Source: Candidatus Omnitrophota bacterium
GTDB lineage: Bacteria; Omnitrophota; Gorgyraeia; Gygaellales; Profunditerraquicolaceae
Assembly (NCBI GenBank): GCA_003644385.1
Contig: QNCD01000003.1
Location: 1 to 52,322 of the forward strand
Direction of reading: 5' to 3'
DNA: 52,322 nt
A program made the position numbers and the translations under genes. Numbering within the stretch: position 1 is the stretch's first letter; each line of letters starts with the position of its first letter. Shown piece by piece: positions 48,566 through 52,322 of this stretch. Below the pieces are notes generated by a model. It did no database searches and had not been told where the DNA came from. It saw only the letters and a list, made by a program, of their open reading frames with translations.

Positions 48566-50032
48566 TCACCTGAGCATGCGCATGAGGTTAACTTGGGCTG
48601 GCAGGTTATCCGGATCAATCCCAAGCACCCTTTCATATTCTGCACGCGCCTTTGTAAATTCGCCCTTAAGAACAAAGGCACGCGCCCGGTTTAAATATGC
48701 GGTAATATACTTAGGCGTAATCATAATTGCCTGATTAAAATCTGTGATTGCCTGTTCGTACGCCCCTGCGTCCAAATAGGCGCAACCGCGATTATTATAA
48801 GCGATAGGGTATTCAGGATACTGGCGTATGACGTCGCCCCATAAACTAAAGCTGTCTTTCCATACGCTGCATCGCTGCCAGCTTAAAACCGACAGGAAAA
48901 TTATTCCTATGCCTATGCTAAGATTAAACAGGAATCGCCTAAAATGCCTTTGCCTTTGCAGGCGAAAGTTAACCCAACGGCAACATTCGCCTACAAGGTA
49001 AAATAATCCGAGCCCGCTCATATAGGAGTAACGGTCTGCGGCTATAAAATTACCAAAAGGTATGATTTTTATTACCGGCAATAGGCAAATCAAGAAAAAA
49101 AATCCTGCAAAAAATATTTTACGCGTATAACGCAACGAAACTATTAAAAAAATGACCAATATTAAAACCAGCGGCGGTGAAAGATTAAATAGAGGCGATT
49201 GTAACTCTGCAGCCTTAGGAAAAGGGTATTGAGAGGAGAGATGGAAAGGCCAAAAAATTTTTTTTAGCTGAAATAACAGCGCATAACTGACAAGGCTAAT
49301 ACGGCGCCAAAAAGTAAAAAGCGAAGAAGAAATAATTGCGCCTCCGTCGTGCTGAGCCAAAAAACCAATTATTGCACCAATTAAGGCAAGTTGTATAAAT
49401 GGCAATTTTTCAAAAAAAATTTTCTTATTAGGCCGGCGCTTAAAGTGAAAATCTATTAAAAATAGTATAACCGGCAACGTAATCGCCATGACTTTCGACA
49501 AAAGAGAGAAAAAAAATGAAATAAGACCAGAATAATAGAAAACTTTGCGATTATTTTTTAAGTAATAAATATAGCAGATTAACGCCAATAAAAAAAACAA
49601 GCTATAAATAAGGCCTTTTTGCCCTGAAATCCATGCTACCGATTCAACATGAGCGGGATGTATGGCAAATAATATAGCCGCAACCCAGGCGGCAATAAGA
49701 GAATTGCTTATTAAAAGAATAAACCAAAAGGCTAGAAGACAATTTATAATATGCAGGATAATACTAATTGCATGATAACCTGTGGGATTAAGAGTAAAAA
49801 AACGGTATTGCAACCAATAAGAGAGCATGGTTATAGGGTGATAATTAGCATTATAAAATGAGGTGGCTATCCGCCACAGGCCCTTTACCGAACCGTCTTC
49901 TAAATCGCTATTCCGGGTAACGTATTCCGGATCATCCCAATTCGTAAATTTATTCTGTAAGCTTTGCGAAAAAATAATTACGCTAACAATTAATAAAGAC
50001 AGCAGAGCAATAATAATTTTTTTATTTTTCAT
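48566..50032 (-). CDS. TMTC/PMT-like GT-C glycosyltransferase with C-terminal TPRs
   Basis: FTNWDDPEYV, YHPITMLSY, FAIHPAHVESVAWIS, LLSK, ADRYSY, WKDSFSLW; TPR AYNNRG...AYLNRA. Confidence 0.9.
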   Translation of the reverse strand: MKNKKIIIALLSLLIVSVIIFSQSLQNKFTNWDDPEYVTRNSDLEDGSVKGLWRIATSFYNANYHPITMLSYWLQYRFFTLNPTGYHAISIILHIINCLLAFWFILLISNSLIAAWVAAILFAIHPAHVESVAWISGQKGLIYSLFFLLALICYIYYLKNNRKVFYYSGLISFFFSLLSKVMAITLPVILFLIDFHFKRRPNKKIFFEKLPFIQLALIGAIIGFLAQHDGGAIISSSLFTFWRRISLVSYALLFQLKKIFWPFHLSSQYPFPKAAELQSPLFNLSPPLVLILVIFLIVSLRYTRKIFFAGFFFLICLLPVIKIIPFGNFIAADRYSYMSGLGLFYLVGECCRWVNFRLQRQRHFRRFLFNLSIGIGIIFLSVLSWQRCSVWKDSFSLWGDVIRQYPEYPIAYNNRGCAYLDAGAYEQAITDFNQAIMITPKYITAYLNRARAFVLKGEFTKARAEYERVLGIDPDNLPAQVNLMRMLR

Positions 50033-50161
50033 GGAAGAATGACTGGTAACCCTGAATGCATAACTCTAATCCCGGGAATGTAAGACAAAGTATTCTAAAG
50101 TGTTATTTATAATTCGGGATATAAAGATGGGGGTTTACTTCTTAATTCCAATTAAAATAAA

Positions 50162-50530
50162 TTAAAATCTTTTTCTTTTTTTAAATCTATCGCAAATTTC
50201 GCTCTGGATGTGGTTTAAAATATGCTGGATCGCTTCTTTATTGATATTGGTAAACTCAATACCAACCCTAAAAATAGGCTTATCGAACCTTTTTGCCTGC
50301 TGTACATGCACAACCTTTCCTTCGCCGACTATTGCCGTTTCCCACAACCTAGTAATTAATTCAAACTTGACTAGCCTATTATGTTCTATTTTTTCTTACA
50401 TATATACGCCTATCCCGGAAAAACTGATATCGACCAAATCCGCCTTTATTGCCTTGGTAGAACTTCCTTCGCGCTTAAGGATAACGCACTCTTCGACATT
50501 AAGCCTGATGAATCTTCTTCTTTCTTGCAT
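50162..50530 (-). pseudogene. PilZ domain gene with an in-frame TAA
   Basis: MQERRRFIR...DISFSGIGVYM*EKIE...GKVV...RVGIEF; TAA at 50396-50398, frame otherwise intact (123 codons). Confidence 0.85.
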
Positions 50531-50539
50531 TTTTAATCC

Positions 50540-50839
50540 CTTGTTTGAAAATAAATTTTATTGTCTAATCCGAGATCCAAACCCGCCTGCCATCAATATT
50601 TATCCATTTTCCAACACAAATAACTCTAGCCTTTCTACAAATTGATCATTTAAAAAAGGGTACTTTTATAATAACCCCTAACTCTTGTTTTACTTCTAAA
50701 GGCGAATCTTTGATTATGCCTATACCCCTTGCTGATAAATTTTTGAGCAGTGCCCGTTTGACAAAACCCTACTCATCTACCAGAGAAACTGAATTATTGA
50801 GTATAAATCTTTGATAGTCTCTGCGTTATTGTAAGACAT
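50540..50839 (-). pseudogene. Heavily decayed PilZ domain gene
   Basis: RRDYQRF and NLSARGIG motifs with several stops and frameshifts; 3' end approximate. Confidence 0.65.
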
Positions 50840-50935
50840 TCCTATTCTCCGTTGCTGTCTTGATAAAATTATAGACTCATAAAAATTAAAGTCAATCAAA
50901 TTAAAGAGCCTTCTTTTTCAGCTGAATACAAAAAC

Positions 50936-52321
50936 CTATTCCCTTTTTTTGGTAGAAGCAAAATCGATAATTGTATTGAGTTCTTGTTTAGATATCTTAA
51001 TTATCTTAACGCCCACACCGTACTTATCATCTTTGAGCCGGACTATTCTGGTTACCTGTGCTACTACTGCTATGGGCAAAGAACTGTATTCTTTTGGCAT
51101 TTCCATCTGAACGGTAATAAGAGAACCTATAACTAAAGGCCTATCCGATTCAAATAAAAAGCCGCTGCGGCTGACACTTGTTGTCTTAGAGCGTATGTAA
51201 TCTCCCTCTAAGGGAAAAGAAATATCGATTTCTGCTTTATATCTCACTGCTTCTCTGCGCTCAGGGCCTTTGTATGTCTCGGTATCTACAAAAAACGGGG
51301 CTGCTTTTGCTTTCTGGGGAAGCAATTCTTTTTCTTTGATTTTTGCTGGGATTTTTTTATAATAAGCCTCAAAGGCATCTATTATTTCCGATAAAATACC
51401 TAAAAAAGGCTGAGCCGTACAACCGGTAATTTCTTCTACCTCCTTAATTGCCTTGCTATCAAGGGGGTCGGCCATAACAATAGTAAGTAAGTTGCCAACT
51501 TTGTCTACAGGAATCAACCAATATTTTTCCGCGATATCTACCGGAACCAGCTTTATCACTTCTGCGGGTATCTTGTAAGAACTTAAGGGTAGGTAGGGCA
51601 CGGCGAATTGTGTACACAGGCACTGGGCGAGCTGATATTCGTCTATATAGCCGTAAGCAAGTAAAAATTGGGTGAGATTACCTCCGTATTCCTTTTGGTA
51701 TCTCCTAGCTTTATCCAAAATATCCTGCGTAATATAATTATTTGCTAATAAAATTTCTCCGATTTTTTCCTTTTTTTGTTTTCTGATTACTTCCAGACGC
51801 CTGCGCGTTTCTTCGCTTTCTTCCCCTGCGGTATCAGCGGAGGGTGCTTTCATTTTGCTTTTGTATGAAGCAATAAGGTTTGTCCGGGCTTCTATTTCTT
51901 CATTCAACTCGTCGATTTTATTCTCTAATTTTTCGACTTTAGAAGATAGGTTCTTATTTTCTTTTCCTAAATCAAGAATGGTTTGATTCTTCTTTTTAAG
52001 CTCTATTTCTATTTTTTTGTTTTCGGTTTGCAGTTTATTGATTTCCTGCCTAGCCGACTCTTCTTCCTTAGCCGAACGCTTAGGCTCTGACTTGCGCAAC
52101 TCTAATAGGTTTTTTAATTCCGCAGTTAACTCCTTGTTTTCTTTTTCCAGTGATAAAAGGCTATCGCCCTTTCTCCCAAGCTCACTTTCTAATATTTCAA
52201 CCTCCTGGCGCAGTTTCTCTAATTCCTGGTCTTTGCTTTGTAGTTGTTCTCTAAGGACGTTGATCTCTTTTTCTATTTCTGCCGCCCCTAGCTTTTTGGC
52301 ATGCGCATCTTTAAGTTGAGC
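50936..52321 (-). CDS. Coiled-coil + MshEN/GSPII_N + PilZ protein, 5' end outside window
   Basis: Frame is open to the window edge; KIGEILLANNYITQDILDKA..Q, VPVDIAEKYWLIPVD..MADPLD, ERREAVR..SVSRSG. Confidence 0.88.
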   Translation of the reverse strand, partial: AQLKDAHAKKLGAAEIEKEINVLREQLQSKDQELEKLRQEVEILESELGRKGDSLLSLEKENKELTAELKNLLELRKSEPKRSAKEEESARQEINKLQTENKKIEIELKKKNQTILDLGKENKNLSSKVEKLENKIDELNEEIEARTNLIASYKSKMKAPSADTAGEESEETRRRLEVIRKQKKEKIGEILLANNYITQDILDKARRYQKEYGGNLTQFLLAYGYIDEYQLAQCLCTQFAVPYLPLSSYKIPAEVIKLVPVDIAEKYWLIPVDKVGNLLTIVMADPLDSKAIKEVEEITGCTAQPFLGILSEIIDAFEAYYKKIPAKIKEKELLPQKAKAAPFFVDTETYKGPERREAVRYKAEIDISFPLEGDYIRSKTTSVSRSGFLFESDRPLVIGSLITVQMEMPKEYSSLPIAVVAQVTRIVRLKDDKYGVGVKIIKISKQELNTIIDFASTKKRE

Positions 52322-52322
52322 G

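Overview
This is a 52-kb AT-rich bacterial chromosome segment with almost all genes on the minus strand. Gene content (lipid A genes, HTH-PtsN fusion, many PilZ proteins, TMTC-like glycosyltransferase, anaerobe-type oxygen defence) suggests an anaerobic diderm of the PVC group, probably Ca. Omnitrophota; the taxonomy is inference. In order: (1) an acyl-CoA ligase and a MarR-TolC-RND operon with no periplasmic adaptor gene; (2) PadR, accA and an L,D-transpeptidase; (3) an Rrf2-headed redox/Fe-S operon with an SMS-type SufCB pair, FNR-like reductase, frameshifted rubrerythrin-VIT1, FprA, ferritin-like protein, MBL-rubredoxin fusion and rubredoxin-SOR; (4) pcm, thi4-pncA, AmmeMemoRadiSam radical SAM, and a 26-aa bL37-like ribosomal peptide gene; (5) ion transporters, bioY, and lpxL-msbA divergent from a GnnA-like gene and lpxB; (6) a decayed DUF262 gene; (7) gdhA with an ANTAR-like attenuator leader. 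The most notable structure is a ~5.4-kb recombinase-less island in comM. comM is intact and a second, frameshifted comM 3' end starts at the MNP|CxCG codons. Decayed XRE-HTH paralogues lie at both inner ends, and the cargo is an intact HTH-EIIA / PII-like-EIIA / CPA2 antiporter / PII-like module. The window ends in a PilZ cluster with two pseudogenes and a coiled-coil-MshEN-PilZ protein. No rRNA, tRNA, CRISPR array or intact transposase/integrase was seen. All calls are by eye from motifs; no searches were run.
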